The notes: generated from the letters alone by a model not told the origin. A DNA stretch of 64,000 nt from an uncultured virus (IMG/VR IMGVR_UViG_3300009512_000012) (IMGVR_UViG_3300009512_000012), one strand, 5' to 3'. Positions 37,166 through 47,325 are shown, counted from the stretch's first letter. Numbers and translations: made by a program.

Positions 37166-38929
37166 TTATGCTTGACAAGCCAGACATTCTTCTTCGTCTT
37201 TTTTGATGTCTGAAAAATCACTTAATTTATCTAACTTCACTTTCGAAGCAATATTTTCTGCTCGATGTGAAACTTCCGTTCTTAAATAGTAAAGTCCTTT
37301 ACAACCACTTTCCCATGCTCTCATGTGTACTGACTGTACATACTTCTTTGATGCTCCAGCTGGAAAAAACAAATTCAACGATTGACCTTGGTCTAAGTAA
37401 GTTTGTCTTTGTCCACCAAGTTCAACCAATCTCATTTGGTCTAACTCAACAGCAGTTTTGAATACTTCTTTAGTTTCATCATCTAAAAAATCAAGATGAT
37501 GTATAGAACCTGCATTAGTAACAATACCTGTCCAAACTTCAGCGTTATTCATTTTGTGTTTTTCAAGTATCTGTTCAAGATACTTATTTTTGATTAAATG
37601 CGAACCTGCTCTAGTTCTATGTGTGTATGCATTTGCTTTATTAGGTTCAATAGATGGTGATGTTCCTACTATCATTGAACTATTAGCATTAGGTGCAATT
37701 GCAAGACAATGAGCATTTCGTCTTCCGGTGCCTTCCATATCTGGTGCAACACCCTTTTCTTTTCCTAAGAGTACAGTTTGTTCGTCTGCTTCTTTTCTTA
37801 TCCAAGAAAAAATTTCTTTATTAATATGTCCTGATTTTTCAAATGGTATCATATGTTTTTGTAGATAAGAATGATAACCCATAGCACCAAGTCCAAGACT
37901 TCTTTCTTGCGTTGCTGAAAACTTTGCTCTTCCTAAATCGTCAGGTGCATTATCTATAAAGAATTGTAATACATTATCTAAAAATGTAATGAGGTCTTTT
38001 ACAATATTTGAATCTTTGAAATCATCATACTTTTCTAAGTTAAGAGATGACAAACAACAAACTGCTGTTCTATCTTCACTAGTAGGTAAATGTATTTCGT
38101 TACATAGATTTGAACCATGAATTTTTAATCCTTTGTCTTTTAAAGCCTTTGGCATTTTATCATTTGCAGTATCAATAAAGTTAACATAAGGTTCGCCTGT
38201 TCTAAATCTTGTTTCTAAAATTTGTTCCCATAACTTTCTTGCCTTAACAACTTCTCTGATAGTACCATCATGTGGGTCAATAAGTTCCCAATCTAAACCT
38301 TTTTTAACTGCATCCATAAATTTATTTGTAACATTAACTGCATTATGTAAGTTTAGACACTTACGACCAATGTCACCAGTTGGAATACGAATTGTTAAGA
38401 ACTCTGCAATGTCTGGGTGTGATACATCTAAGTAAGCCGCATAACTTCCTTTTCTAGTTCTACCTTGACGATACGCCAACATATCTGCATCTACTGTATG
38501 CATAAATGGTAATGGGCCTGGTGCAACATCTGATACAGAACGAACGCCTGACCAATGTCCACCAACTCCTCCACCTTTAACAGATAACCATCTAAGTTCT
38601 GATGTGTGAGAAATTAATCCTTCTAATGTATCTGGTACATAAGTTAAAAAACAAGAAATAGGTAATGCCTTTGGTTTTTTGTTTGGAAGAGGTGCATTTG
38701 ATAAAACTGGCGATGCAAACGTAAACCAACCTTTGGATGCGTAATCGTAAATTCTTTGTGCAAGTTCTCTGTCACCATAACAGTATGCGTTTGATGCTCT
38801 TGCTAGTGCGTATTGGGGGGAAGCTTCTTCCTCTAAACAATAATAATCTTTTAAAAGTTTCTGTGCTTGGTCTGAAAAGTTTTCGTCTCTGGCGGTGTCG
38901 ATTTTGATATTGCAGTATTGTTTTTTCAT
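37166..38929 (-). CDS. nrdA: class Ia ribonucleotide reductase alpha subunit
   Basis: PISCF, GSNLCNEI, AIAPNANS, KGLYYLR, C-terminal CLAC. Confidence 0.95.
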   Translation of the reverse strand: MKKQYCNIKIDTARDENFSDQAQKLLKDYYCLEEEASPQYALARASNAYCYGDRELAQRIYDYASKGWFTFASPVLSNAPLPNKKPKALPISCFLTYVPDTLEGLISHTSELRWLSVKGGGVGGHWSGVRSVSDVAPGPLPFMHTVDADMLAYRQGRTRKGSYAAYLDVSHPDIAEFLTIRIPTGDIGRKCLNLHNAVNVTNKFMDAVKKGLDWELIDPHDGTIREVVKARKLWEQILETRFRTGEPYVNFIDTANDKMPKALKDKGLKIHGSNLCNEIHLPTSEDRTAVCCLSSLNLEKYDDFKDSNIVKDLITFLDNVLQFFIDNAPDDLGRAKFSATQERSLGLGAMGYHSYLQKHMIPFEKSGHINKEIFSWIRKEADEQTVLLGKEKGVAPDMEGTGRRNAHCLAIAPNANSSMIVGTSPSIEPNKANAYTHRTRAGSHLIKNKYLEQILEKHKMNNAEVWTGIVTNAGSIHHLDFLDDETKEVFKTAVELDQMRLVELGGQRQTYLDQGQSLNLFFPAGASKKYVQSVHMRAWESGCKGLYYLRTEVSHRAENIASKVKLDKLSDFSDIKKDEEECLACQA

Positions 38930-39999
38930 TGTTTCCCTCTATGCGTCTTTAACGCTTGTATATATAAGATTCCCTTATTATACTCATCATCGTTTTTTTC
39001 TTTCATAATTTCGTTCTTTATCAAATCATTTGGTATGTACTTTATCTCTTCTTTGTTTGGTAAATTCTTTACAGACAAAGATGCTGGACTATATACAGGT
39101 TCATAATTAACTCTAAAGTCTTTATAATATTCCTCTATTTCTTTCAAGTCAAATGCATTTAATATACTTACAGTACAATTAATCATCATGACATTGTCTT
39201 TCATAATCTCTAGATTCTTTTCAAACTCTTTTACGTCTATGGGATATCTAATAAATTCAAGTTTATCACCAAAGTGGTCACAGGAAACAATAAGCTTAAG
39301 TGACTTAAATTTTCTATCAATTTCTTTTAATGACCATTTCTTATATTCTATCTGCGTCAAGTTCGTACATATTTCTAAATCAATCTTTCTTGATTCGTGC
39401 CAGACTATCTTATCTAAGAACTGCCACATTCTATCTAGTAAAACAGGTTCTCCACCAAATATTTTAATCTTTCTTACTTTATCAAGATTGTCTAAAATAT
39501 TTTGATTAAATGTATCAACCTCTGTCGATGATACATTTGTCACCCATTCTCTTTCAAACTCTGCAAGACCCAAATCATTCCATGTATCTACTAAGTTTGC
39601 AGCTTTTAATTCTTGTCTTCTTGTCGATGAATCATAAGGACGACACATATAACATCCAAGATTACAACGACTACCAAAATTTTTTAACTTTGTAATAACA
39701 TTGTTAACTTCAATATTATTTTTTGTAATACTATTAAAATGAGTTCTATGACTAGAACCTGTTCGCTCTTCACTTTCATAACATCCTTCACAGCCTTGTA
39801 TCTTTTTACCCGATAACATATCATTGCGAATTTCTTCCATTGCATCTGATAAAAAATAATCAAATGGTAATGTGTTTGTTGTATTCATATGAGATATCGT
39901 TTTATTAATATCTGCATGACAACATAATCTATAACGACTTGCATTATCAGAATAGATTTCATCAAAGGCCTTTACACAATAAGTCAAACTTTTTTCCAT
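38926..39999 (-). CDS. radical SAM protein with N-terminal twitch/SPASM-like Cys cluster
   Basis: CNLGCYMC, GGEP, LCC...CEGCY..E. Confidence 0.85.
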   Translation of the reverse strand: MEKSLTYCVKAFDEIYSDNASRYRLCCHADINKTISHMNTTNTLPFDYFLSDAMEEIRNDMLSGKKIQGCEGCYESEERTGSSHRTHFNSITKNNIEVNNVITKLKNFGSRCNLGCYMCRPYDSSTRRQELKAANLVDTWNDLGLAEFEREWVTNVSSTEVDTFNQNILDNLDKVRKIKIFGGEPVLLDRMWQFLDKIVWHESRKIDLEICTNLTQIEYKKWSLKEIDRKFKSLKLIVSCDHFGDKLEFIRYPIDVKEFEKNLEIMKDNVMMINCTVSILNAFDLKEIEEYYKDFRVNYEPVYSPASLSVKNLPNKEEIKYIPNDLIKNEIMKEKNDDEYNKGILYIQALKTHRGKQ

Positions 40000-40991
40000 T
40001 GCAATAATTTTGTTTTTGCTAATAAACCATTAAAGGTATTTTGAGCAATTAAATCCTTTATATCTCTTTCAGTTTTACCTGAGAGAATCATTTCATTTAT
40101 ATCTTTTTCTTTTACGTGTTCTGGCCAAATAACAACATCATAATTTTCTTCAATATACTTTTCAATTTGATTCACAACCTCTAAGTTGCGAGGTTCGTTA
40201 TCTGGTATTAAAACTGTATTGCCCTTAATCCTTAAATCTGATTGAGCAGTTGCAATACAATTATCCACAAATAAACTGTCAATAGGCCCTTCGACCACAA
40301 ATACTTTGTGTTTCCAAGATACTCTTTCAAGTCCATATATTTTTTCTTGATTACTATCGAGTTTGATAGTGATGTATTTAGGAGTTTCATTTCCAAAGGC
40401 CCTTCCTTGTATAGCAAATAATTCATTTTTCTCATTAAAGAAAGGTATCACTAATCTAGGATGGTCAGATTCTAAACTAGGATATTTGTTATCGCTAATT
40501 GTATTTACAAACTTATAAAACTGTGGTGCATAATATAGTAGATAGTGTTTGTCTGATGGTATCTTTCTATCAACTACAAACTCTTTAACCGGGTGAGTGT
40601 GTTCTAATTGTGAAACTTTCTTTAAACTTCTTATCTTAGAAGTTGATTCTTTCAACAACTTCTTAACATTTGTGGATAACTCACTTATACTATCTATACT
40701 AGTATCTTTTGGTAAATCTGAACGATATGCCTCTGTACAAAATTCATTGTACAAGACTTCATCTACATGTTTGATTAGTTTAGGAACATTTGTGCCTACG
40801 CCACAATTGTGACATTTAAATATTAGAGTATTTGTTTTTTCGAAAACATAACCTCTTGCTTTGTTCTTATGTTTTTGAGAATCACCACAGTACGGACATC
40901 GAAAGTTATAAAGATTGTTATTCTTTTTCTTAAACTGCCCTAATTGTGAAGATAGCAAAAGTAGATACTTTTGTTGTAGATACATGTCCAT
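39984..40991 (-). CDS. gp61: DNA primase gp61
   Basis: FRCPYCGDSQK..KARG, FKCHNCG, VEGPIDS, DNEPRN, KDINEM motifs. Confidence 0.95.
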   Translation of the reverse strand: MDMYLQQKYLLLLSSQLGQFKKKNNNLYNFRCPYCGDSQKHKNKARGYVFEKTNTLIFKCHNCGVGTNVPKLIKHVDEVLYNEFCTEAYRSDLPKDTSIDSISELSTNVKKLLKESTSKIRSLKKVSQLEHTHPVKEFVVDRKIPSDKHYLLYYAPQFYKFVNTISDNKYPSLESDHPRLVIPFFNEKNELFAIQGRAFGNETPKYITIKLDSNQEKIYGLERVSWKHKVFVVEGPIDSLFVDNCIATAQSDLRIKGNTVLIPDNEPRNLEVVNQIEKYIEENYDVVIWPEHVKEKDINEMILSGKTERDIKDLIAQNTFNGLLAKTKLLQWKKV

Positions 40992-40997
40992 GATGAA

Positions 40998-41026
40998 ACT
41001 ATACCACACTTAGGTGGGATTGTCAA
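40998..41026 (-). promoter_or_regulatory. sigma70-type promoter for primase (leaderless)
   Basis: TTGACA-N17-TATAGT, then 6 nt to the ATG. Confidence 0.7.
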
Positions 41027-41205
41027 TTAATTTCTTTGACTTTTCTTATACTTTTTAATTTTTTTTCGTACGTAACTTTAGGTACTTGGTGCGTTAAGCC
41101 GTCCACTATCTTACGGGCAACTTCAATCGCCTCTTTTTCTGAATCAGCATGAACTTCTAGATGTCTCACATGTATTTTATGAGTTTGTACCTTGTACTTC
41201 GTCAT
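41023..41205 (-). CDS. hypothetical protein
   Basis: EVHADSEKEAIEVA motif; preceded by TTGACA-N17-TAGTAT. Confidence 0.55.
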   Translation of the reverse strand: MTKYKVQTHKIHVRHLEVHADSEKEAIEVARKIVDGLTHQVPKVTYEKKLKSIRKVKEIN

Positions 41206-41238
41206 TTTTTCCTATACTAGAGGGTTAATAAGTGATTG

Positions 41239-41688
41239 TCAAGAGATACTTATGCCGAAATTCATTAATTTGTGAATAACAAATCCAGCTACTATTGAAC
41301 CACCTATTAGTAACCATCTAAACTTATCTAACACTGCTACACGCCCAAAAATATCGGATTTGAGGCCGTTTAGCGCCTGTGTTTGTTCAAGATGTTGTTC
41401 AGACATCAATTGAGTAAGTTGTTTGTTATTACTAGTAATACGGTCGTGAATTTCCTTGATTTCATTGGAAAACTCTGCTCTTCGAGTTTCAACGAGTGAT
41501 TGTGAATTTATGATTGCGTCTTCTTGAGATGTGAGTTTTTCTTCATGAACTGCGAGCATTCTATTAATAGAGTTAGATACATTGGATATCTTATCTATTG
41601 CATTATCTATACGACTGTGAATAAGTTTCATTTCTGAAACATCTCTTTTCAACATTTCAATATCTAATTTGTATTGGTCGTCAGACAT
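41239..41688 (-). CDS. coiled-coil protein with C-terminal TM
   Basis: MLAVHEEKL coil, RWLLIGGSIVAGF TM; late promoter at 41712-41719. Confidence 0.7.
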   Translation of the reverse strand: MSDDQYKLDIEMLKRDVSEMKLIHSRIDNAIDKISNVSNSINRMLAVHEEKLTSQEDAIINSQSLVETRRAEFSNEIKEIHDRITSNNKQLTQLMSEQHLEQTQALNGLKSDIFGRVAVLDKFRWLLIGGSIVAGFVIHKLMNFGISIS

Positions 41689-41719
41689 TTATAGTTCCCC
41701 TCATCGAAGTATATTTATA

Positions 41720-42112
41720 TTATTCTGTTTCTGCAATTTCTTCAGATTCGTAGTAGTCTTTATATTGGTCAAGTATCTTATTTGTTAAATATAATTGATT
41801 ACGAATAATTGCAAAATTCTTAGCTAACATTTCATAGTCTATATCTGTTATGCCAAATAGAACTGGGTCAATACCATCTTTTTCAAGTTTTGCGAAAAGT
41901 TCTTCAGATGTTTCACTTGTCATGACATGCCACTCTATTCTTTCAAGAACTAAAGGTTTAGGACTTTCCAAGTTAAGTTTTGCTCTTGGTACTTCCTCTT
42001 TAAATATCTCTAATTTTTTAACCGAACTACAACTAGTAAGAAATGTAATTAGGATTAGCGATACTAGGACACTCTGTATTAATTTCAGATTTCTTTGTAG
42101 CATTCTTTTCAC
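41720..42112 (-). CDS. o-spanin-like lipoprotein
   Basis: FLTSC lipobox; overlaps the upstream TM/coiled-coil gene. Confidence 0.65.
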   Translation of the reverse strand: MKRMLQRNLKLIQSVLVSLILITFLTSCSSVKKLEIFKEEVPRAKLNLESPKPLVLERIEWHVMTSETSEELFAKLEKDGIDPVLFGITDIDYEMLAKNFAIIRNQLYLTNKILDQYKDYYESEEIAETE

Positions 42113-42500
42113 TTTCTGTTAACGGCGAACCACTAGCAATTTCAATACAACGAGTTGCTCTATCACTAGCGCTGTTCGTAATTCTCTGAATTGATTCTGT
42201 TCTTTCAATTGCAAGTTTACCAAAATCTCTGTTCTTTTTATTAAATCTTTTATCTAAGTCTGTTAAATCTTTTTTTAGTGTGTCAATAAGAACTGTCATT
42301 TCCTTATTAGCATTTAGAATCTGTTCAAAGTCTTTTTGTTGATTTTCGATTAACTGTTTTTGGTCAGTAATCGCATCTTCCAACTTAATGGCATTTGCTT
42401 TTAATATTTCGTTATCACTTCTTAATTTCATAACATAGAAGCCAGCGCCTATTAAAGCACTGGCGACTATACCAATTAAAAATAATCTAATGCCTACCAA
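42033..42500 (-). CDS. i-spanin-like protein
   Basis: N-terminal TM, long coiled coil, two C-terminal Cys. Confidence 0.65.
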   Translation of the reverse strand: MVGIRLFLIGIVASALIGAGFYVMKLRSDNEILKANAIKLEDAITDQKQLIENQQKDFEQILNANKEMTVLIDTLKKDLTDLDKRFNKKNRDFGKLAIERTESIQRITNSASDRATRCIEIASGSPLTESEKNATKKSEINTECPSIANPNYISY

Positions 42501-42504
42501 TTAA

Positions 42505-42663
42505 TTAGTCTTTCTTAATTATGGATAGAGCTCCCCAAACTACAGCTGCGTATGCTAGTATGTTTACGAAAGGGCCTCCAAGTATTATCAACATGCCTAA
42601 GGCAATCAAGCTTGCGCCTGACCAACTTGACATTTCTTTTATTCTTCCTTTTATCCAATTCAT
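42505..42663 (-). CDS. small two-TM protein (holin-like)
   Basis: MNWIKGRIKEMSSWSG plus 2 TM; AAGGAG SD; next to the spanins. Confidence 0.55.
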   Translation of the reverse strand: MNWIKGRIKEMSSWSGASLIALGMLIILGGPFVNILAYAAVVWGALSIIKKD

Positions 42664-42685
42664 AAGATTCTCCTTATAATGGTTG

Positions 42686-43303
42686 TTATATCTTGGCACC
42701 GTTTTTTCGATGTTTATTCCAAGCCATGAATCCACCTAGTCTTAAAGACCAATATGCTAGATAGTTCATTAAGAAGAAACCATTTACTTCGATGTTTATA
42801 TCTCTAAAGATTTGGTCTGCTCTTTTTTGAGATAACTTACCCATGGTATCCTTCTTATTACTTCTTAATAAGGTTTCATACTTGTACGCATAATCGTGTA
42901 CAAGACCACCTATTAACAGCACCCCGACTGGTGATAAAAACATATGCAAGAATTTTGGAATACTTGCACCATCGAACTTAAAACCTGCTGGTATGATAAA
43001 CTTTTTTCCTTCTACTGAAAATGAAAAATCTGTTGTGATTTCCCAATGTCTTACTCCTAGAAGCCACATTTTAATCATTGCAAAAAAACCTTTGCCTTTT
43101 GTAGCAATTCTGATTGGTTTCATATGTGGGTAATCTGTGTATTTAAAATTGACACGACCATCTGTCTTTTTCTTGTCGAAAAGATTGATGATAAATCCTA
43201 CAATAATTAATGTGATTAATACTGTCCACATCCAAAATTTAGTTGCCAATGCTTTTACTGTTAGCAAATATTCATTCGCTAGTAATAAATCTATTATTTC
43301 CAT
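42686..43303 (-). CDS. DUF1353 family protein
   Basis: IPAGFKFDGASIP, LVHDYAY, ADQIF, LRLGG motifs. Confidence 0.8.
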   Translation of the reverse strand: MEIIDLLLANEYLLTVKALATKFWMWTVLITLIIVGFIINLFDKKKTDGRVNFKYTDYPHMKPIRIATKGKGFFAMIKMWLLGVRHWEITTDFSFSVEGKKFIIPAGFKFDGASIPKFLHMFLSPVGVLLIGGLVHDYAYKYETLLRSNKKDTMGKLSQKRADQIFRDINIEVNGFFLMNYLAYWSLRLGGFMAWNKHRKNGAKI

Positions 43304-43304
43304 T

Positions 43305-43907
43305 TTAATCTCCCTTAGCTCTTTTTAATTGTGTAGGTGTTGGAGCTCCCTTGTCACCCTTCTTCCTCATCTTTTCACCAGAACCTTGTTTGATTCTTTG
43401 TCGTTTTTTATGTATGTTCGCCCACAAACTTTCGTTTCTGAACTGTTCAAAACTCATCTTTGGGCCCTTCGTCTTAAAGTCTTTTTTTCTCATTACTGTT
43501 TTTGCAATAAGGTCAAGTTCTTGTCCGTCTAATTTTAGTGCAAAGGGCATATTGATATCTGTTTGCATATCATTGATAACTGCTTCTGCATCTGGGCCTA
43601 ATTTAGCAATCTTCTTACCATACTTTTTATAGGATTGTTTGAAAAGTCTTGTAAGTTCTGCTGGGGTAATTTGTTTTTTATTTCTTGCATCGTTTACTCT
43701 GTCCATAAAATGTTTAGTAAACTCTACGTCAATATTTAATGATGCAAATAATCTATCTGCGTATTTTTCTAATTGATTGATATCTGATTGGGTAACTTTT
43801 TTTTCATTATTGGCATTTAAATCAGCGATAGGTTCATACAGTCCATATGCTTGACTTCTACCTGAAGGCTCATAAGCCAGACCGTACTCTTTAAGTGTTA
43901 GGGGCAT
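43305..43907 (-). CDS. modular putative internal virion protein
   Basis: FTKHFMDRVND.RN...AKTVMRKKDF module, then MSFEQFRNE/SLWANIHKKR module. Confidence 0.6.
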   Translation of the reverse strand: MPLTLKEYGLAYEPSGRSQAYGLYEPIADLNANNEKKVTQSDINQLEKYADRLFASLNIDVEFTKHFMDRVNDARNKKQITPAELTRLFKQSYKKYGKKIAKLGPDAEAVINDMQTDINMPFALKLDGQELDLIAKTVMRKKDFKTKGPKMSFEQFRNESLWANIHKKRQRIKQGSGEKMRKKGDKGAPTPTQLKRAKGD

Positions 43908-43908
43908 A

Positions 43909-44406
43909 TTACTTTTTGTTGGCTAGAGAATATACAGCGTTAGATATTTTTAGAAAGTCTCTCTTAGAGCCGTTAACCATGTTTCCAATTTTCTTTTTGT
44001 TTGTTGTATTTACTTTATCATATACTTGAGTAATTGTACTTGCAGTCATTAAGTCAACTCTCATTTGACCATCTTTAAATTTAATTGATTTGTTTTGTTT
44101 CTTCTTTACAATATCTCTTAACATATCAATATTGTCTTCAACCATGTATAATGCTCTTTCAAAGTTATCTGCTTTGTTAAGAACAGTTTCTTTTAATTTA
44201 CTTCTTCTCTCACGCATCTTTGCAAGTTTTTCAGCATGTGTTCTATATGCTTTAGTTCTTGCGTCTAAAAATCTTTTTTTCTTTTTTACTGGTACAACTG
44301 AACTATCATCACCTGTTCCAGCGACAGCAGTACCCGTTGCGTTTGTTGGTGCGTCTTCTTCAACTGGTCTACCTGTGAACGGTGTTACTTCTATAAATTT
44401 ACGCAT
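43909..44406 (-). CDS. hypothetical virion-associated protein
   Basis: VEEDAPTNATG; KFKDG..RVDL.TAS module. Confidence 0.6.
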   Translation of the reverse strand: MRKFIEVTPFTGRPVEEDAPTNATGTAVAGTGDDSSVVPVKKKKRFLDARTKAYRTHAEKLAKMRERRSKLKETVLNKADNFERALYMVEDNIDMLRDIVKKKQNKSIKFKDGQMRVDLMTASTITQVYDKVNTTNKKKIGNMVNGSKRDFLKISNAVYSLANKK

Positions 44407-45013
44407 TTTCTAAATCCTCCAAACTAACATAGATTTTCTCTTGCGACTTTTCATGTACTACTGAAAAAATCTCTAATCCTAATACTGTATCTACAGGTGC
44501 TTCATCATCGAATGCGATAACAACATCACCTTTCTTAGCAGTTAATTCTTCTTCCTGTTTATTTAGTATATCTTGTTTTAAACGATATCGTCCTTTTGGT
44601 AATTGTTCACCAAATCCTATGATTTCCTCTGATATTTCGTCATCAAAATCAATATTATTCTCTTTAAGATACTTAACAAACTCTTTTTCAAACATATCTG
44701 GGTCTGATACGGATTCTTTAAATGTATCTTTAAGTAGGAATAGTGCGGCCGCATATGTTCCGACTTTTGTTTTTAAACCTGGTATTTTGTTAAAAATTTT
44801 CTTAATATTAAAAACTAATTTGTGTAAAATTGTATAGGAACTTTGTAATTCAGATGTTGTTAATTCAACTTCTGGTTTTGAAGATTTTTCTTTTCGAATT
44901 CTGTTACCATCTTTGTCAATGACACCCAACTTATACGCAGGCATCTTTTCAAATGGTGTTGTAAGTAACTTAATAAAACGATAAGTTACAAATAAATCTA
45001 CTGCTCTACCCAT
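44399..45013 (-). CDS. conserved T4-like hypothetical protein
   Basis: DLFVTYRFIKLLTTPF..AYKLG.ID, YAAALFLLK motifs. Confidence 0.75.
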   Translation of the reverse strand: MGRAVDLFVTYRFIKLLTTPFEKMPAYKLGVIDKDGNRIRKEKSSKPEVELTTSELQSSYTILHKLVFNIKKIFNKIPGLKTKVGTYAAALFLLKDTFKESVSDPDMFEKEFVKYLKENNIDFDDEISEEIIGFGEQLPKGRYRLKQDILNKQEEELTAKKGDVVIAFDDEAPVDTVLGLEIFSVVHEKSQEKIYVSLEDLENA

Positions 45014-45375
45014 TATATTCCCCTTAAAATTTCCAACGCATGTTCGTCATGTTGAACATCTATTAATTCGTGTTTCTCAATCATATTTAGATAAACTAGG
45101 AAAGATTTCATCACACCCCAATGTTGTTTCTCTACTTTAAACAAGAGTAACGTCACCGCGGCAGTTGAGGTAAATACATTGTTAATAATAATAAAGTGAT
45201 TTAGTAACAAACGTTCTCTTAATTCGCCTGTTTCTGAATACTTCTTAAACAACCTTTTAATATATTTAAACCTATTCAAATCATCATGAAACTCTAACTC
45301 ACCCTCACATTGTGGGTTGTTATAGTTTTTTATCGCAAACATAATGATATTTTCGGAAGTAATCTTCTCGAACAT
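45013..45375 (-). CDS. conserved T4-like hypothetical protein
   Basis: YNNPQC...EF.DDL.RFKYIKRL..GEL.ERL.LNH motif. Confidence 0.75.
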   Translation of the reverse strand: MFEKITSENIIMFAIKNYNNPQCEGELEFHDDLNRFKYIKRLFKKYSETGELRERLLLNHFIIINNVFTSTAAVTLLLFKVEKQHWGVMKSFLVYLNMIEKHELIDVQHDEHALEILRGI

Positions 45376-45381
45376 ATTTAA

Positions 45382-45816
45382 CTATTCTATTTTTGCGAAA
45401 ATCTTATAACAATTTGCCTCTGTCATTTCATAACTAAGTTTAAGTGATAATCCACCTTCTACTTGACTAGAAATACCATCATCGTCTAGAAACTCATTAT
45501 GTGGTGTATTTTCATCTTTTCCGAATCTTCCACCAAACAGTGATAGAGGTAGTGAATATGAACCAGTGTTACCTTCAAACATAGGTACTTCACCGAATTG
45601 TAATCCTACTCTCATTAACTTACTTCTTAACATTGATATTGCATCTTCAGGTATCTTAGTTTGTTCATTAACTATAGCACCAACAAATGCATTTAATCTT
45701 TGTATAACAAGAGGATTAGCAAGTGCAGCTGGATTAATCTGATTATCAAATTGAAATCCTTGATTTTGTGTGCCTACGCCTGCAGCTTCTTCGATATATT
45801 TTTTAAAATTTTTCAT
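45382..45816 (-). CDS. conserved hypothetical protein
   Basis: Start MKNFKKYIEE after a terminator; FGGRFGKD motif. Confidence 0.65.
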   Translation of the reverse strand: MKNFKKYIEEAAGVGTQNQGFQFDNQINPAALANPLVIQRLNAFVGAIVNEQTKIPEDAISMLRSKLMRVGLQFGEVPMFEGNTGSYSLPLSLFGGRFGKDENTPHNEFLDDDGISSQVEGGLSLKLSYEMTEANCYKIFAKIE

Positions 45817-45841
45817 TTTATTTTTCCTAACTTTTTTAAGA

Positions 45842-45860
45842 GTGGGGAATAAATCCCCAC
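45842..45860 (-). terminator. terminator-like hairpin
   Basis: GTGGGGA-tttat-TCCCCAC just after the stop at 45876. Confidence 0.6.
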
Positions 45861-45875
45861 CCATAAAAGTATATA

Positions 45876-46349
45876 TTAGTTAGCAATATCCACTAAGCCA
45901 CTATCAGCTGCCATTGCAACTGTTGATAGAACTGCCCAAGCAGAACCTGTCCACAACAAGGTTGCTGTATCACCATCGTCTGCGAAGTTGATGTCTGCAT
46001 AACCTAATCTTGTTGCAGGTGTCAGAACAGATGTACCACCATCAGTATCGTGTACGATGATTTTTATTTGTCCAACTACTGTACCGTTAGCAAGAGTTGT
46101 TGCATTAGAACCTGCTGTTTGTAACAGTGTTAATGCTGTTGAAACAGAGATTGCTGTTTGTGAACCATCAGAAATATCTTCAACTGAGTTTGAAAATCCT
46201 ATGAATGATGGTAGATTGTTAATGAAGTTTGCTACTGAAACTTTCTTATTAATCGGTGTACCTGATGGGTCATCGATTACGTGTAATAAATCAGCTGATG
46301 CAATACCTGTTGAAAGGTCTGTTAAAGCTGTAATTTTCTTATCGGCCAT
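45876..46349 (-). CDS. putative head fibre/decoration protein (MADKKITALT family)
   Basis: N-terminal about 40 aa shared with 46771..47325; beta-rich C-terminus. Confidence 0.6.
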   Translation of the reverse strand: MADKKITALTDLSTGIASADLLHVIDDPSGTPINKKVSVANFINNLPSFIGFSNSVEDISDGSQTAISVSTALTLLQTAGSNATTLANGTVVGQIKIIVHDTDGGTSVLTPATRLGYADINFADDGDTATLLWTGSAWAVLSTVAMAADSGLVDIAN

Positions 46350-46408
46350 TACCGTCTCCTTAATTTATACCTCGTTATGAGGAATTTTACTTATAGCATA
46401 CACTATAA

Positions 46409-46702
46409 TCACATTGGTGCTTCAGTGTCATCCTTGTCTTGATTAGTATCGTACTTATCTTCGGGTGCATCAGGAAGTTCTCCCATGTCACCAGGATTTT
46501 CACTCGAGGCCTTTTCATTATTAATTTCTACAAGAAACATTTGACATTGTTGAGCCGCACCTTGAAATGCGTTCAACTGAGCAATTGCTTCTAATTTTTT
46601 TTGTTCAAGTTCTTTGATACTAACTTGTAGTTTTTGCATATCTGCTTGTAGAGTATCAAGTCTTGCCTTAATTTTGTTTGTTTCCAAACTCATAATTATC
46701 AC
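46409..46702 (-). CDS. coiled-coil hypothetical protein
   Basis: AQLNAFQGAAQQC heptad region; AAGGAG SD. Confidence 0.6.
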   Translation of the reverse strand: MIIMSLETNKIKARLDTLQADMQKLQVSIKELEQKKLEAIAQLNAFQGAAQQCQMFLVEINNEKASSENPGDMGELPDAPEDKYDTNQDKDDTEAPM

Positions 46703-46731
46703 TCCTTTGTAATAAAGTTATTGATTAAATA

Positions 46732-46751
46732 GGGGCTCATAAAAGAGCCCC
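46732..46751 (-). terminator. intrinsic terminator
   Basis: GGGGCTC-N6-GAGCCCC then TATTT, after the stop at 46771. Confidence 0.7.
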
Positions 46752-46770
46752 CAAAAAGTATTAATTACTC

Positions 46771-47325
46771 TTAGTCAGCGAATGCTGGTGCTGTATCAGA
46801 TGCAACAAAACCAGATAGTTGCCATGTAGTAGTTGATGTACCAATACATGTAATATCGTGTGCTTGTCCAATTGCTAAAGTTAGTGTCTCATTTGAGTTT
46901 TGGTCACTAAAAATAACTGCTGATGTTTGACCAGTTTGGTTTGTATCGTGGTGTACTAATTGTCCTTTAAAGAAAATTGAGTTACCAGCGCCTGAAGCGA
47001 TGACCACAGAATGACCATCAGCCGCAGCTAAACCTGTAGGACCAATAAATCTAAATTCCATTCCAACTTTTGGTGTTGGTAATGTATATGTTCTAGCACC
47101 ACTTACGTTTGGTGTAATACAAATTCTTCCAGCGTGTAGCGCTTCTGTTAAAGTTACGTCACTGTCTGCAAGTGTTACTGGTGTTGAAAGTGCGTTGAAA
47201 AAATCTCCAACTGTTTCTTTTTTGTTAATCGGTGTTCCTGACGGGTCATCGATTATGTGCAATAAATCTTCTCTCGCTGAAGCAGCTGCTAGTGAAGTTA
47301 ATGCCGTGATTTTTAAATCAGCCAT
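46771..47325 (-). CDS. putative head fibre/decoration protein (MADLKITALT family)
   Basis: DLLHIIDDPSGTPINKK shared with its paralog; late promoter at 47466-47473. Confidence 0.6.
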   Translation of the reverse strand: MADLKITALTSLAAASAREDLLHIIDDPSGTPINKKETVGDFFNALSTPVTLADSDVTLTEALHAGRICITPNVSGARTYTLPTPKVGMEFRFIGPTGLAAADGHSVVIASGAGNSIFFKGQLVHHDTNQTGQTSAVIFSDQNSNETLTLAIGQAHDITCIGTSTTTWQLSGFVASDTAPAFAD

